Source: a virus
Virus record (IMG/VR): IMGVR_UViG_3300045988_109366
Location: 1-64,000 of that record
DNA length: 64,000 nucleotides
Strand: one strand, 5' to 3'
The translations under genes and the position numbers were made by a program. Below the pieces are notes generated by a model. The model did not search any database and was not told where the DNA came from. It saw only the letters and a list, made by a program, of their open reading frames with translations. Below, piece by piece: positions 15,201-27,400 of the stretch (positions are counted from its first letter, which is position 1; each line of letters opens with the position of its first letter).

Positions 15201-17507
15201 ATGGCTAAGAAAGATAAGAAAGAGGAAATCCCTTCATGGATAAAGGATTTGTATAAGGAAGATCTTGATCGTGTTGTAAGAGGTGAGCGTCCCATGTATT
15301 TTAGGGGTATGAATGATGATCCTTTAAAGAACGTATCCCCGGAGTTTGATATCCTTAGTGGAGGAGCTGCTGTTAAGGGTATGAATGGGATAAGAGGTGC
15401 GTTGTCTCCGTTGAATAATGGCATGGGTAATTATAATTTCAGCATTAGGGGTATAAATAAGAAGATAGGCGAGCTGGTTGATGAGGCGGGATTGTATTTG
15501 CCTGAGAAATTAAGACCTATATATCAGACTGTGGTGGACGCTATGTCGAGATCCAAAGATAAGGGATTGGGTTATATCACGCAGCCGTTGGCCAACGCCC
15601 TGTACCCTGCGGACGAGCGACGGAACCGGCGTCTGGAAGGGGAGCATCCCGTTGGTTATGTGGATGCCATAGATGGCATATGGCCTAGGAAGAAATATGG
15701 GCTATGGGGAGAAAAAATTGAGAGGAAGCAAGATGGAGGAGAAACAAGAGAGTCTGTTCTTGATAGACCTAGATTCGGGAGCAGGGTATTGGATAATTAC
15801 GTAGCTTCTGCTCACCCGGTTTTGTCAATAATATATGATATCGCTAATTCAAGGTATACTGATGGCCCTACTCGCATAAATAAAGCTGCGTATTCATCAA
15901 TAGATCCTATGGGGAAGAATCCGGAATGGTATGAGTATCCTGTTCATTTTATGAAGATGTTCGGGAAATATATATCTGGTGATTTTAATAACAAGTTATA
16001 TGGCGATAGTGATAATGATGATTTAGGCACAAGAACTAGTGATGAGGCTTGGGCTAAATACAATAAACTCCCTTACGATGAGTCTGTATTGATAGATAAT
16101 GGTGATGGTACGTATAGTATACGAAAGGAATTATCTAATAGGATGATACCTGATTCGTCTATCGTAAGGAATAGGATTGATGTGAATAGGAGTCTGTTTG
16201 ATAAGGAAACTAAGGAATACAATGAAGGACTTATAAAAGCTTTAAGTGATGCCGATCCAGAGGAGTATGAGAGGATTCAGAGGGAATATAAGGATCTGAA
16301 AAGGGTAAGAGAGGGTGCCATATCAGCGGACGAGATGAATATAAAAGGGTTGAGGTCTCTTTATGATAAGGGGTATGGTGTCGTGAATGAGTATAATTAT
16401 AGGGATCGTAGACTTGATAAGAACGAGACGGGTCCTCATAGTGTACTTGGTGATTATACGATATATCGTGACAAGGATATGGGCGGATACAGATATAGGG
16501 ATGTATATGATTTCAATCCCGCTGTCCAGTTTCTTTTGAATGGGGATGTATTTAAGATAGATGGTAGTATTGATAAAAAGGATAGAGGAGGTTCGGTAAA
16601 TACAGGGAGGGCTTATGGTTCTGGCAAGTATGTAATTGATCCTCGTAGATCAGAGGATAGTAAGATGGCTGTATATGACGAGATATGGGATTATCTGACC
16701 GACAAGAAGGGAATACCACAAACGCAAGCTATCGGTATCCTGTCGAACATCGCCGCCGAGTCCGGAGGGGACACCGAAGCCCTAGGAGCCGCCGGTGATT
16801 TTGGCATCCAACAATGGCTTGGACCGAGGAAGAAGGAGCTACAGCGCAGGTATGGTAAGAAACCGACATTGACCCAACAACTGGATTATCTTGTGGATGA
16901 GTATCAAGGTCGTGTACCGGGGCTAGGTTGGAACTACATGAACCAAGGCAAGTTCTTTGATAAGGACGCTCAAGGCAATATATATAATTACTATATGTAT
17001 TCGAAGGCTGATTTTGATAACGCCACGAATTATAAGGACGCTACCGTAGCATGGAATCAAGGATACGGAAGACCCCTTGGATCGACATTAAGAAACGAGA
17101 AGCGGTTTGAGTTCGCCGATATGTTCTCCAACAGATACGGTGTCCCGGAGAACGAGCCAATGAGATACGAGTTCGGGCAGCGGGATTCGGGCACGGGGGA
17201 CGGAGGTCAGCAGCCCGTGCCTGAGACGGTAGCCCCCGCCGATCCTTCTTTGGCTTCCCATCCTGCCGTGGATAGCTGGTGGGAGAAGGAAGGTCAAGAC
17301 CTGTTATATAAGATGCTAGCTCAATCCGGCGCCAACAGGAAAACTATAGAGGATATCGCTAATAACATCAAGAATGATCCCCAATCAGAGGCGCAGATAG
17401 CGGAAGCCGAGCGTATGCGTAGGGAGCAAGCGAAAAGGCAGTTGGTGCTTAACATGATACCGGGATTAAGTCTTAATATAAAAGGTATGAGCAGAACCCA
17501 GAATTAA
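15201..17507 (+). CDS. Large virion protein with tail-lysozyme (peptidoglycan hydrolase) domain
   Basis: 768-aa ORF. AIGILSNIAAESGGDTEALGAAGDFGIQQW resembles the phage tail lysozyme family signature. Confidence 0.8.
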   Translation: MAKKDKKEEIPSWIKDLYKEDLDRVVRGERPMYFRGMNDDPLKNVSPEFDILSGGAAVKGMNGIRGALSPLNNGMGNYNFSIRGINKKIGELVDEAGLYLPEKLRPIYQTVVDAMSRSKDKGLGYITQPLANALYPADERRNRRLEGEHPVGYVDAIDGIWPRKKYGLWGEKIERKQDGGETRESVLDRPRFGSRVLDNYVASAHPVLSIIYDIANSRYTDGPTRINKAAYSSIDPMGKNPEWYEYPVHFMKMFGKYISGDFNNKLYGDSDNDDLGTRTSDEAWAKYNKLPYDESVLIDNGDGTYSIRKELSNRMIPDSSIVRNRIDVNRSLFDKETKEYNEGLIKALSDADPEEYERIQREYKDLKRVREGAISADEMNIKGLRSLYDKGYGVVNEYNYRDRRLDKNETGPHSVLGDYTIYRDKDMGGYRYRDVYDFNPAVQFLLNGDVFKIDGSIDKKDRGGSVNTGRAYGSGKYVIDPRRSEDSKMAVYDEIWDYLTDKKGIPQTQAIGILSNIAAESGGDTEALGAAGDFGIQQWLGPRKKELQRRYGKKPTLTQQLDYLVDEYQGRVPGLGWNYMNQGKFFDKDAQGNIYNYYMYSKADFDNATNYKDATVAWNQGYGRPLGSTLRNEKRFEFADMFSNRYGVPENEPMRYEFGQRDSGTGDGGQQPVPETVAPADPSLASHPAVDSWWEKEGQDLLYKMLAQSGANRKTIEDIANNIKNDPQSEAQIAEAERMRREQAKRQLVLNMIPGLSLNIKGMSRTQN

Positions 17508-17510
17508 TGC

Positions 17511-17518
17511 TATATTTG
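17511..17518 (+). promoter_or_regulatory. -7 promoter box TATATTTG
   Basis: 23 nt upstream of ATG 17542. Confidence 0.5.
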
Positions 17519-17541
17519 TTAAATTATTAAACGTTTTAGAT

Positions 17542-17919
17542 ATGAAAAGATTGTTGTTTTTATTTGCTATGTTATTGACGCCATTCGCTTTGATGGCGCA
17601 AGAGGTAATCCCATCAGAAGGGTCTATTACTATTGATCTGACTACCTTTACCGGTATCATGGCTTTCGTCACGATGTCAGCTACCCAGCTAGCTAAGGTA
17701 GTACCGTATATCGATACCCACAAGTGGGCTAAGATCCTATCGGCTATTGTTATTGGCATGTTGACATGTATCTTGGCGTGGTTTCTTCAGGTATCCCCGT
17801 TGTTGGTAGGTAGTGAATGGTGGGAAGCTCTGTTGTATGGGGTGGCAGTCGGGCTTAGCGCTGCTGGATTCTATGACCTAGTGAAAGCAATAGGTTCGTT
17901 ATTTGTAAAAAGGATCTAG
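17542..17919 (+). CDS. Membrane protein (signal peptide plus about 3 TM segments); holin-like candidate
   Basis: 125-aa ORF. N-terminal MKRLLFLFAMLLTPFALMAQ and hydrophobic stretches. Confidence 0.6.
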   Translation: MKRLLFLFAMLLTPFALMAQEVIPSEGSITIDLTTFTGIMAFVTMSATQLAKVVPYIDTHKWAKILSAIVIGMLTCILAWFLQVSPLLVGSEWWEALLYGVAVGLSAAGFYDLVKAIGSLFVKRI

Positions 17920-18010
17920 TTGCTGTAACTATCTTGCGATGAATTAAAATTACAAGGTATTATTATCTGTAATATAGTTAATTATATTTTGTAATTATAT
18001 TAGTATTATT

Positions 18011-18018
18011 TATATTTG
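18011..18018 (+). promoter_or_regulatory. -7 promoter box TATATTTG followed by a 9-bp leader hairpin
   Basis: Hairpin gcgcctatc...gataggcgc at 18020-18052, upstream of ATG 18083. Confidence 0.5.
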
Positions 18019-18082
18019 TGCGCCTATCTACTCATCACGAGCGGATAGGCGCATTTATTAATTTAAAACTTTTAGTAAAGGT

Positions 18083-18835
18083 ATGAAAAGTAATTTGATT
18101 TTATCATCAGAGAGTAGGGAATTATTAGGTAGGAACATTTCTGTTATGTCCAAGGACGGGTTTGTATGCATAACGGAAGTTATGGAAGCCTTGAATGAAA
18201 AACGTAAATCTATGGGGTTGGAGTCTAGAAGGCTTGATCATTTGTTCTCCACAAATGGTTTTCAGGAAAAGATGAAGGCTCTTGTTAAAGAATTGAGTAT
18301 AAGCAATATATGTACTGTAAGAAATCTTACAGTACAAAATTATGTATTGGAAATCAATAAGATAACTGATCTTAAAAAATACGGCATGGCTTACCGAAGA
18401 GGAAAGGGAGAAGGGCAGAAATGGTATGTAAATCCGTATTTTTTTGTTATGGTAGCATTGGAGTTGGATCCAGAGATATACGCCAAGGTGATAATATGGC
18501 TACATGATGGATTTATAGAGGACAGGAATGCCGCCGGAGAAGCTTATATCAAAATGAGTTTATCTGTAGCTAGATTGGTTAATGATAAGAGTCAGTTGTC
18601 TGATAGGATATCAAGAGTTGCTAAAGCTATTAATTTTATAGTGTTTAATAAACATGAGAGTGGGATAAGAAATATGGCCACAAAGAATCAGTTGAATGAT
18701 ATAGTGGCTATAGAGAATGTTATTACCGGCATTATAGATGGGGGCTTTATAGATACTTATGATAAGCTTATAGACTATCTTGGACATGAATGGAAGAAGA
18801 AATGGGGTAATCCTGTTGCGGCTTTAAAATATTAG
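18083..18835 (+). CDS. KilA-N-like DNA-binding protein
   Basis: 250-aa ORF. WYVNPYFFVMVALELDPEIYAKVIIWL resembles the KilA-N core. Confidence 0.55.
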   Translation: MKSNLILSSESRELLGRNISVMSKDGFVCITEVMEALNEKRKSMGLESRRLDHLFSTNGFQEKMKALVKELSISNICTVRNLTVQNYVLEINKITDLKKYGMAYRRGKGEGQKWYVNPYFFVMVALELDPEIYAKVIIWLHDGFIEDRNAAGEAYIKMSLSVARLVNDKSQLSDRISRVAKAINFIVFNKHESGIRNMATKNQLNDIVAIENVITGIIDGGFIDTYDKLIDYLGHEWKKKWGNPVAALKY

Positions 18836-18843
18836 TGTTAAAG

Positions 18844-18880
18844 AGACTCATCATTGTCAAATGGTGAGTCTGTATTTTTT
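18844..18880 (+). terminator. Intrinsic terminator
   Basis: 10-bp stem agactcatca/tggtgagtct, then T6. Confidence 0.65.
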
Positions 18881-18884
18881 AAAC

Positions 18885-18892
18885 TATCTTTG
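18885..18892 (+). promoter_or_regulatory. -7 promoter box TATCTTTG
   Basis: 24 nt upstream of ATG 18917. Confidence 0.6.
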
Positions 18893-18916
18893 TATCAGAA
18901 CGAAATAATTTGATAT

Positions 18917-21517
18917 ATGGGAAAGTATGTAATTAAAAGGAAGATACCTAAATATCAAGATGCTGGGGAAGTTGATCCTGTCATGCCTGGTAATATTGTT
19001 GGTCTTCAGGGTCTTGGAGTGGAACCTCTGGTTTCGTCTACCCGGATAGGATTTGATATTCAGCAGCCTGATATTAATACCATTGATACAAGTGATTTGA
19101 ACGCTATCGTTGACAGCAATAAGAAGGTTGACGAGTCTGGCAGTACGGATGTTTTTGACTTTACCACCATACCTTATTATGGCGCTGATGATATAGGATC
19201 TAGGTTTACCCAGATGGGTCGTGGTATAGGGCGTATGAGAAGCGAGGGATATGGAGATTTATCCACCGGGGCTAAAACAGCTAATACGATAACCACCATA
19301 GCCTCAGGAATTAGTGGTATCATGGGATTGGCTCGTAACGTGGTTTCCGGGATAGCGTCTGAGAAAGGTACTCGTACCAATATAAGGTTGGCTCAGGAAC
19401 GTGAGGCTAGGCAAAGAAGACAATCCCAGATGCAGTATAAGGATGGTGGGGGTGTTTATCTAGGACCTAATAATAGGTTCGATAGCGGAAGCCTTACCGG
19501 TGAGTATCTGTATCCGTTACCTAAGTCGATGGAAGATCAAGCCAACGTAGAGGTTGAGAAGGGCGAATATGTGGAGCAGCCCGGAGAGGCGCCGATGGAG
19601 GCTATGGGGCAGAAGCACGCCGATGGTGGAACCCCCGTTTCCTTGGAGGAAGGTACGAAGGTTATTACCGACGACACAACCATAGAGCCGGATTTCGCTA
19701 AATACATCAGAGATACGTATGGGATCAAAGCCACGCCTAAGGATACGTATGCTACGTTAATGGACAGGTATAAGGCTAAGATCGGTCTTAAATCGGCTTA
19801 CGATGACCAGAAGAAGGCGTTGGATAAGTTGAAGAAAAACGATAAGATAGATGATGAGAATACAAGGCGTTTAAACGCCTCCGTATTATCCAAGGCTATA
19901 AATGATAGTAACGATACTGTTAATGGTTTAGAGGGGAGGTTTACGGACTTCGCTAATGTCATATACAGGGAGCAGGAAGACCGGAAGATGAAGAAGGATG
20001 AGGATACGTATTTCGCTAAGGGTGGTGAGATAGATAACATCATATCCAGATCCATGAAAGAATATGGTCTTACGGAGGAGGATATAGCTGAGGCTAAGAA
20101 AGAGTTGCTTAAGAAAGTGGCTGGTATTCGCCAGAAGATGGAGAAAGGCGGTAGTTCTTTATTCGATTACCTACTTACTTTCCGTCCTGTAGAGAACAAG
20201 TACAATAATAAAGATAACGCGTTTGGGTATCAGCGTCAGGGTCAGGATGGCTCCTATGGCGGTATTAATACCGATGAGAGACTGGAGTATTATAAGACGT
20301 TCATGCCTTTGGCTTATGATGCTTATATGAGCGCTCCGAAGGCTACTGCCGCCAAGGCTCTTCAGGATGCTATATACAGCACTACTGGTGGGTGGATGGG
20401 CTTGGCCACGGCGGAGAACCCGATCATCGCCAACGCGGAGGCGCTTCGGGATTATACGACACTCGTTTCCTTTGGCGGTGAGGATAGCCAAGGTAATTAC
20501 CCGGAAGATAAGAAAGCCTCATATCATGATAGGATGAGAGACAATAAGTTTGGTCAATATTCCTCATCTCGTCCTATGATCGGTCTGGATGTTGTTACAG
20601 AGGATCAACATAAAGCTCTTAATGACGCTGGTATCACTCATTTCAGTCAACTGTTTTCTGACAAGAATAAAGATATTGTTAATAAGATCCTTGGGGAGGA
20701 TATGCTTAAGATGCAGGCGTTAAGATCCATGAAAGGCATGGAAGGTCTTGATTTTATACTTGACCCGCATAAGGTGGCTCCCGGTCCTATGGATATAGGT
20801 GATGTGGAGGATCCTGATGTTAAGCTGGATATGCCTGAGCTGATTGATCCTAATACACTTCCTAAAACCAACACAAATGCCGGTAAGTCGAACGGCGGCA
20901 ATGGAGGCAGGAATATAGTAGGTGGTGGTCTTGACTTTCCTGAGGTGTTCAGGATGACTCCGGGAGCCGTGACAACGGAAGGTCTGGAAAGACATTACGC
21001 TCCTACCGTGGACCCGGTGTTGAGATCGGCTGATCAGTATATGGTTGAGGCTAATCGTGCTTTCCAATCACAATTGGATCAGATGGGTAATGTCCCGGAT
21101 TCCCAGAGAGGGGCTTTATCTTCCAATTTACAGGCTATCATGAGTTCCAATATAGGTAAGTATATAAATGAGGTAGAACAAGGGAATGTGGCTCAAAGGA
21201 CTTGGGCTGATAATGTCAATTCTCAATCATGGGCGAATACTTACGACAAGAACATAGCCCAACGTCAAGCTTATCAACAACGGATATTGCAGGGATTGGC
21301 TATAAATGACGAGAACTGGGCTAGGTATTTCGATAGCGTCAATGATGAGATTCAGCAGAAGTGGAACACGGCTACGACCATGAATACATTAAGATCTATA
21401 TTTGGGGATGTTAAGATTGGTCCCAATGGCCAGTTGATCGCAGACCCTCAAGGAGATATATTAAGTTACAGGAGATTATATCCTGCTCAGGAAGTAACTA
21501 AAGGCAAAAAGGGATAA
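18917..21517 (+). CDS. Large virion protein (866 aa), function unknown
   Basis: Uninterrupted ORF, first of a tightly packed three-gene block. Confidence 0.85.
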   Translation: MGKYVIKRKIPKYQDAGEVDPVMPGNIVGLQGLGVEPLVSSTRIGFDIQQPDINTIDTSDLNAIVDSNKKVDESGSTDVFDFTTIPYYGADDIGSRFTQMGRGIGRMRSEGYGDLSTGAKTANTITTIASGISGIMGLARNVVSGIASEKGTRTNIRLAQEREARQRRQSQMQYKDGGGVYLGPNNRFDSGSLTGEYLYPLPKSMEDQANVEVEKGEYVEQPGEAPMEAMGQKHADGGTPVSLEEGTKVITDDTTIEPDFAKYIRDTYGIKATPKDTYATLMDRYKAKIGLKSAYDDQKKALDKLKKNDKIDDENTRRLNASVLSKAINDSNDTVNGLEGRFTDFANVIYREQEDRKMKKDEDTYFAKGGEIDNIISRSMKEYGLTEEDIAEAKKELLKKVAGIRQKMEKGGSSLFDYLLTFRPVENKYNNKDNAFGYQRQGQDGSYGGINTDERLEYYKTFMPLAYDAYMSAPKATAAKALQDAIYSTTGGWMGLATAENPIIANAEALRDYTTLVSFGGEDSQGNYPEDKKASYHDRMRDNKFGQYSSSRPMIGLDVVTEDQHKALNDAGITHFSQLFSDKNKDIVNKILGEDMLKMQALRSMKGMEGLDFILDPHKVAPGPMDIGDVEDPDVKLDMPELIDPNTLPKTNTNAGKSNGGNGGRNIVGGGLDFPEVFRMTPGAVTTEGLERHYAPTVDPVLRSADQYMVEANRAFQSQLDQMGNVPDSQRGALSSNLQAIMSSNIGKYINEVEQGNVAQRTWADNVNSQSWANTYDKNIAQRQAYQQRILQGLAINDENWARYFDSVNDEIQQKWNTATTMNTLRSIFGDVKIGPNGQLIADPQGDILSYRRLYPAQEVTKGKKG

Positions 21518-21520
21518 ATA

Positions 21521-24412
21521 ATGGCTTCACAATACAGTATATTAAGGAATTACGGCAAGTACGTATCACCCTACAACATGGATGTCATGATGCAGGGGAT
21601 GGGGTACATGCAGCAGAAGATAGATACCAATCGGCAGGCTATAAATGAGTATGCTGATTATATTATCAATTCTGACATTATAAAACCTCAGGATAGGGAA
21701 TATCTTCAGAATAGGTTAAATGGGCTGATACAGGACGTGAATAACGTGTATCGTAAATCCAATCTAGCTTCTGATGGTATAGCTAGAAGCATACAAGCCC
21801 GTCTTGGAGAGGCTTTAGATACCCGTGTATTGAACGCTATCGCCGGTACTAGGGAGTATAGGTCTTTCTCTCAGAAGATCGAAGATATGAAGCTTAATAA
21901 TCCTAAGCAATATAGTGCCATAAATGAGGCTGTGGCCTTAATGCCGTTTTATGAATGGGTTAATGATGGTCAGGTTGGTACAAGGATGAATCCTATTCAT
22001 TACACTCCTTATACGGATTACAATGAGGAGATGAATAAGATGATGAAGGATTTCGTCAGTCTTAATAAGGGAAAGAAGTTTTCTGTTCCTGAGGTAGTGG
22101 ATGGCAAGCCTACTGGTAGGATGAGAGATATTACTGTTGATGAGATGAGTCGATCTCAGATTAGAGCGATAGCCGCTAGATCTATATCCCAGAACGCTAA
22201 GGCTCAGATGCAGATAGAGGGTCAGTATTTGGCTGCCACTAATCCCGGTATGTTTAGTGGCATGACTACTGATCAGTTCGTTAATAAATATGTTTCCGGT
22301 TTTGACGCTGAGGAGAGCGCACTCTTAGCCAAACTCAAAGGGGCCGAGGCCAGCCCTTCCGCTAAGGCGGCTATTGAGGCGTCACTACAGGAGGTCCGGG
22401 AACAGCGCCGTGCGTTAGTGGAGGAGGCTACTTCCTTTATTGGCAATAATATGAACCCGGCTAGAGCGGGGGAGTTTATTGTACGTAATGAATTTCTTGA
22501 TGGTGTATCCGCTAGATGGTCGTATAACAACTCATCTGAGAACTACATCGCTGATGATTATTACTTTAAGATGAGAGATCTTGATTTCAAGGAGAGAGAG
22601 TTCTCGTGGAGGCAGAAATCAAAGGAGATAGATCAGAATCTTAAGCTTAGGGAAGTAATGTCCAAGGAAGCTGGTAATAGCTCTAATATCCCTACAGGTG
22701 TTATGATTGAGCTGGAAAAGGTTCAGCCTAATGTTACTCCTGAGAATATATTTGACAATCAATATATTCAGAATGAGAATAATATATCGACAGGTGAGAA
22801 GGATTTAATATCATCCATAAATCCTGTTGATCTACGAGGCATAGAGAACGATATACAAAACAATCCTTCTATATATCATGGTGGTGTTAATAGCGAGAAT
22901 ATTATGGCATGGATCACTAATAATGGCGGTGCGTCAAGTTCTGTATTATCATCAACCCCAAATATGGTGAATAAATATGAGGCTCTTATGGCAGCGAATG
23001 ATAATAGGAATAGGTATGGTAAGATCATGGATGAGGAAGTTGATTATCTTACAAATGCCTTTGATGTCGCTACGGAAAATATCCTTAATGATGCTGTAAG
23101 GGATCAGGACTATGTTACTGGAGGTATTGATACATATACTGACAATGGTATGGTTAATGCGAGGGATGTTGGTAAGAATGGAGCTATTATTGGAGGGAAA
23201 GAGTATTCACCAGAAGATGCTTTAAAGGTTTCCGCTATAGCTGGATTGATAAGCGAGAACATCAACTATGCGGATAGATCTATAGCTAATACGGAGCTGA
23301 TGAGATCTTATATAAATTTGTTAAATAGATATTCAGGAGAAAATTTCACTCTGGAGGATATAAATGATATAGCTAAAACTTATAGTCGTGTAGACAATCC
23401 GGTAATGAATAGCGATAATGTCGATATGACTAGTAGGGATAAAATGATCAAGATCTTAGGTAAGAATATGTCTAGAGCTGACGGTCCTACGCTTAGAAGA
23501 GAATGGTCTTCATCTAATATAGGTCGTAATATAGCTAAGGCTATTCAGGATTCTAAAATGGTCTATGAAAGAAGATATGACGAGTTTGCTCCAAGATCAT
23601 GGTCGTTCTCTAATTCTACCAATGCCTCTAAAGAAGATAGGCGTATGCATGCTAAATTAGAGAGTCTGCTTTTGTCAAGAGCTGGTTTCTTGAATAAGGA
23701 TAAAGATAGCAGACTTAATAATTACATATTGTATGCTCGTCCTACGGATAATCCCAATACATTTGATTTGGTAGCTATGGCTGGCGGAAAAAATATCGCT
23801 ACGGTTCAAGTTACTAAAGAGGAATTAGATAGTATGGGGTATAGTTTGTACGAAAGGGAAAGGAATGTAAGATCTGAAGATTACGAATCTAAGATCATCC
23901 CTGTATCTTTTTCTGCCACGACCAATAGGCCTTATCAGAAATGGGCGCAAGCTAATTCACTTGGCGCTTTCGCTACTATCGAGAATGCGGCTGAGGAGGC
24001 TTCTAGGATGGTTGATAAGTACAATATTCAGAACAATGAACTAGCTACATCAGAGCTTAATAAAAGAGCTATTAGGATTATTAATACGGTTTTAAGAAAT
24101 TACAAATCGTATGATATTAAAGCCAAGGGCTTTCCTGGAGGTGTTGAGGTTGGCGTTTATTTTCACGGGCAGGCTAGGACCGGGACACCTCTAAAGGTGT
24201 TGGAATATAATACTGATTATGCTGATAATATCATGAAGATTATAAATATGTGTCCTCAGATGTATCTTACCCAAGCCGTGGTTGAGGCTATCAATAAAGA
24301 CGTTATTGTTAAGGGTAGAGATATTAATGAGCAGCACTCTGATCTTAGCAATATTCTTTCGGTGTTGGATAAAGAGACTATGGATAAAATAGATGGAAAA
24401 AATGAGCAATAA
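21521..24412 (+). CDS. Large virion protein (963 aa), function unknown
   Basis: Starts 3 nt after the previous stop. Confidence 0.85.
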   Translation: MASQYSILRNYGKYVSPYNMDVMMQGMGYMQQKIDTNRQAINEYADYIINSDIIKPQDREYLQNRLNGLIQDVNNVYRKSNLASDGIARSIQARLGEALDTRVLNAIAGTREYRSFSQKIEDMKLNNPKQYSAINEAVALMPFYEWVNDGQVGTRMNPIHYTPYTDYNEEMNKMMKDFVSLNKGKKFSVPEVVDGKPTGRMRDITVDEMSRSQIRAIAARSISQNAKAQMQIEGQYLAATNPGMFSGMTTDQFVNKYVSGFDAEESALLAKLKGAEASPSAKAAIEASLQEVREQRRALVEEATSFIGNNMNPARAGEFIVRNEFLDGVSARWSYNNSSENYIADDYYFKMRDLDFKEREFSWRQKSKEIDQNLKLREVMSKEAGNSSNIPTGVMIELEKVQPNVTPENIFDNQYIQNENNISTGEKDLISSINPVDLRGIENDIQNNPSIYHGGVNSENIMAWITNNGGASSSVLSSTPNMVNKYEALMAANDNRNRYGKIMDEEVDYLTNAFDVATENILNDAVRDQDYVTGGIDTYTDNGMVNARDVGKNGAIIGGKEYSPEDALKVSAIAGLISENINYADRSIANTELMRSYINLLNRYSGENFTLEDINDIAKTYSRVDNPVMNSDNVDMTSRDKMIKILGKNMSRADGPTLRREWSSSNIGRNIAKAIQDSKMVYERRYDEFAPRSWSFSNSTNASKEDRRMHAKLESLLLSRAGFLNKDKDSRLNNYILYARPTDNPNTFDLVAMAGGKNIATVQVTKEELDSMGYSLYERERNVRSEDYESKIIPVSFSATTNRPYQKWAQANSLGAFATIENAAEEASRMVDKYNIQNNELATSELNKRAIRIINTVLRNYKSYDIKAKGFPGGVEVGVYFHGQARTGTPLKVLEYNTDYADNIMKIINMCPQMYLTQAVVEAINKDVIVKGRDINEQHSDLSNILSVLDKETMDKIDGKNEQ

Positions 24413-27400
24413 TAATAACGATATAGGGAATGTGATGAAGAGTCAGGGATACTATGTCCCTACTCCATCAATTCCATCTCCCATGCCTTCTAAGGATAAT
24501 ATTTCTTCTATCCCTATACCTGTTGGCATGCGCAGTTCATCGGATATGGATAATGATGTTTTGTCTAGAGAGGGAAGCAGAAGTATTCCATCATTAGTAG
24601 AGAGTATAAAAAATTCCGTAGAGACATCTTATCATGATGATGTAAAAGCAAGGAATCCGCTTTTTCAGATGATAAACGAGACGGGTATCCCTAAGGGTAA
24701 TTATGATATAACTGGAAGTAGGATCAACCTTCGTGATTCAAGGTATAGGCTGTCAACAGGTGAATGGATTCCAAAATACGAGAGTTATATCAATAACGTG
24801 GATAATGATGATCGTCTGTCAAAGAACCAAAGCGGTTGGGAGAAGACTTATAGAGGATTGGGTAAATTCATCTATAAGTCCACATTGTATGGTATAGGGG
24901 GCGTAGGTCAGTCTATATACGGATTAAAGGAACTTGTTACAAAAGGGACGTTATCCGCCATATCTGATAACGGCTTTGCCGATTGGTTAGATGATATGGA
25001 TAAGCGAGGTGATTATACGCTTAATCATTATTACAGCAAGGAGGAGAGAGATGCCGGGTTCCTTAAAAGCATGCTCACTACAAATTTCTTGACGAATGAT
25101 CTTCTATCTGGTGCGGCATTTACGGCTGGAGCCGTTTTGTCATCTTACGCCTTCGCTGGAGCTGGTCTTATGAATGCCGCTCGTATGGGGGCTAGGATAG
25201 GTGCTACGATTGCCGGTATGGGGAAGGCTGCTTCTGCTACAAAGACCGGGTTTAATGCTATGCTAAGAGCTGCTCGTATAGGTCGTGGTATAGGCAAGGG
25301 GTTGGATAACCTGACTTTTATGAGTACTTCTACGCTTTGGGAAGCTTCCGTGGAATCAAGGAGCGGGCTGATGGAGTCTGAGGAAAACTTCAAGCAAGCT
25401 TACAGGAACGCTTACGGCAGAGAAGCCTCATATGAGGAACTCATGAAGTTCAGAGCTGATAATGCTGATGCCGCTAACGCTATATTCGCTGCCAATATCG
25501 GTATCCTTACGTTATCCAATATAGCTATGTTTGGTGATATGTTTGGCATGGATCTGGGCGTGGATAAGTTCATAAAACGCAATATATTTGGCGTAGGAGC
25601 CGAGAGAATGGACAACGGTGCACTAAGGGCTATAACACCAAAGAAATGGCAGAAAATAGCTGGTAATACGTTTAATATCATCAAGCGACCGGTATCTGAG
25701 GGTTTGTTCGAGGAAGGTCTTCAAGGTGTTTCCAGTAAGTCTGCGGAGGATTGGGTGGAATCAAGATATAATCCTATGGCCATCCGTCAGAATATAGGTT
25801 ATATGGAAGCTATAAAGAACGGATTCAAGGAGACTTACGGATCTAATGAGGGCTGGAAGGAGATCGGCATCGGTATGATTATTGGATCGGTTATGGGAAG
25901 AAAAAGTCTTGGAGGTATAAAGGAATGGAGCCAAGACATGTCCCGTAACAAGGGAATGGTGGAGGCCTACAACACTAATGCCGGCGCCTTGACCTCGGCG
26001 GCCGTCCAAGCTATTCGTGGCAGCATGGCTCTGAACGCTCAATTATCAGGCTTGAGTACGGATAATAACGCTGACGATATACCTAATTCTAGAATCGTAG
26101 ATAAGACTTTTAGTGACGCTGTATTCAATCGTCTTCGTTATGATCAGGAAATGGGGATGTTAGATGATACTAGGGAGAATTTCAAGACAGTCATCGAGTC
26201 TATACCTAATAGCGATATAGCCTCCGATATGAATATGACAGATGAGCGGGTAAATGAGTATAAGTCCAACCTTATCAGTGAGTTCAATAAGAAGGTTGAT
26301 AATTTTACTATGGCCAGCAGATTTGCCGACTCCCTTACCGATGGTATATCCAATAGGTCGTTTAACGCCTATATCTCCAATATGGCTTATAATGGCCTTG
26401 AGGCGAAGGATAATTTGAACGATATTGCCAATCAGTTAAGAAGGATATACAATACGGATATAGGCCCCGCTCTTGATATATATTCTCGTCTTAATCCTGA
26501 TTCGAGCAGGGAACTTGAAGAACTCAGGAAGCTTACGGATGATATACAGAGGATGGAGAAGAATATCTTGAGGCTTCAACAAAGTGTCGCGTCGAAGGAC
26601 GCTCTTGAATCTGATAAGGCTAAGTTGGTCAAGGAGAATGATAGGCTTCTTAAATTAACAGAGGATAGGATCGCATTGGAGAGGAAATTAACTACGTTAA
26701 TTAACTCAGAGGCTGATATATCTAAGTTGTTCTTAAATAGAAATGAATCAAGGATCAGTGCCGCCGATCTTATGGCAGCTTATGAGACTATAGTTGGTTT
26801 TGAGAATGCTGTATCTATCCGTGGGGTTGATAATTATAAAGAGGCTATGGCGTTACTTAGCGAGTATCGTCATAATCTTGTGGCTTATAAGAATATAAAC
26901 GAGTCTCTTCGTCGTATGCGTGACAGAAGATTCATCCGGGCGCAGGAGCGCGGGTTCATGAAGATATTATCGAACGTATGGGGTAAGACTTATGAGGAGG
27001 ATGATAGCAAGTATGATTTCAGGAATACTGATAATCCTGATGCCAATGATCTTTACGCCAACGACCAAGCTATAGACAAGGCTTACCAAGATGGTCTTAT
27101 AGGGGAGGATGAGGCATTTATGTTCAAGACATATAATCATATGATAGCCAGATCTATGGAGAACGAGATTAAGACCGATGAAGGTAATATAGTCGAGAGG
27201 GTTCCTGATGATGAGGATATCATAAATCCTTCTGACGATAGAATCAATAATATAGCTATAAAGATATGGAACGGTAATGAGGATGTCTTATCTCCTAGGG
27301 AGAGACAGATATATGATAATAACAAGCCTCGTGTCGATAGTCTAGTTAACGGGTTTGGGGATAATCCTATTTCAAGGATCAATAAGGCTAGATCGATAAT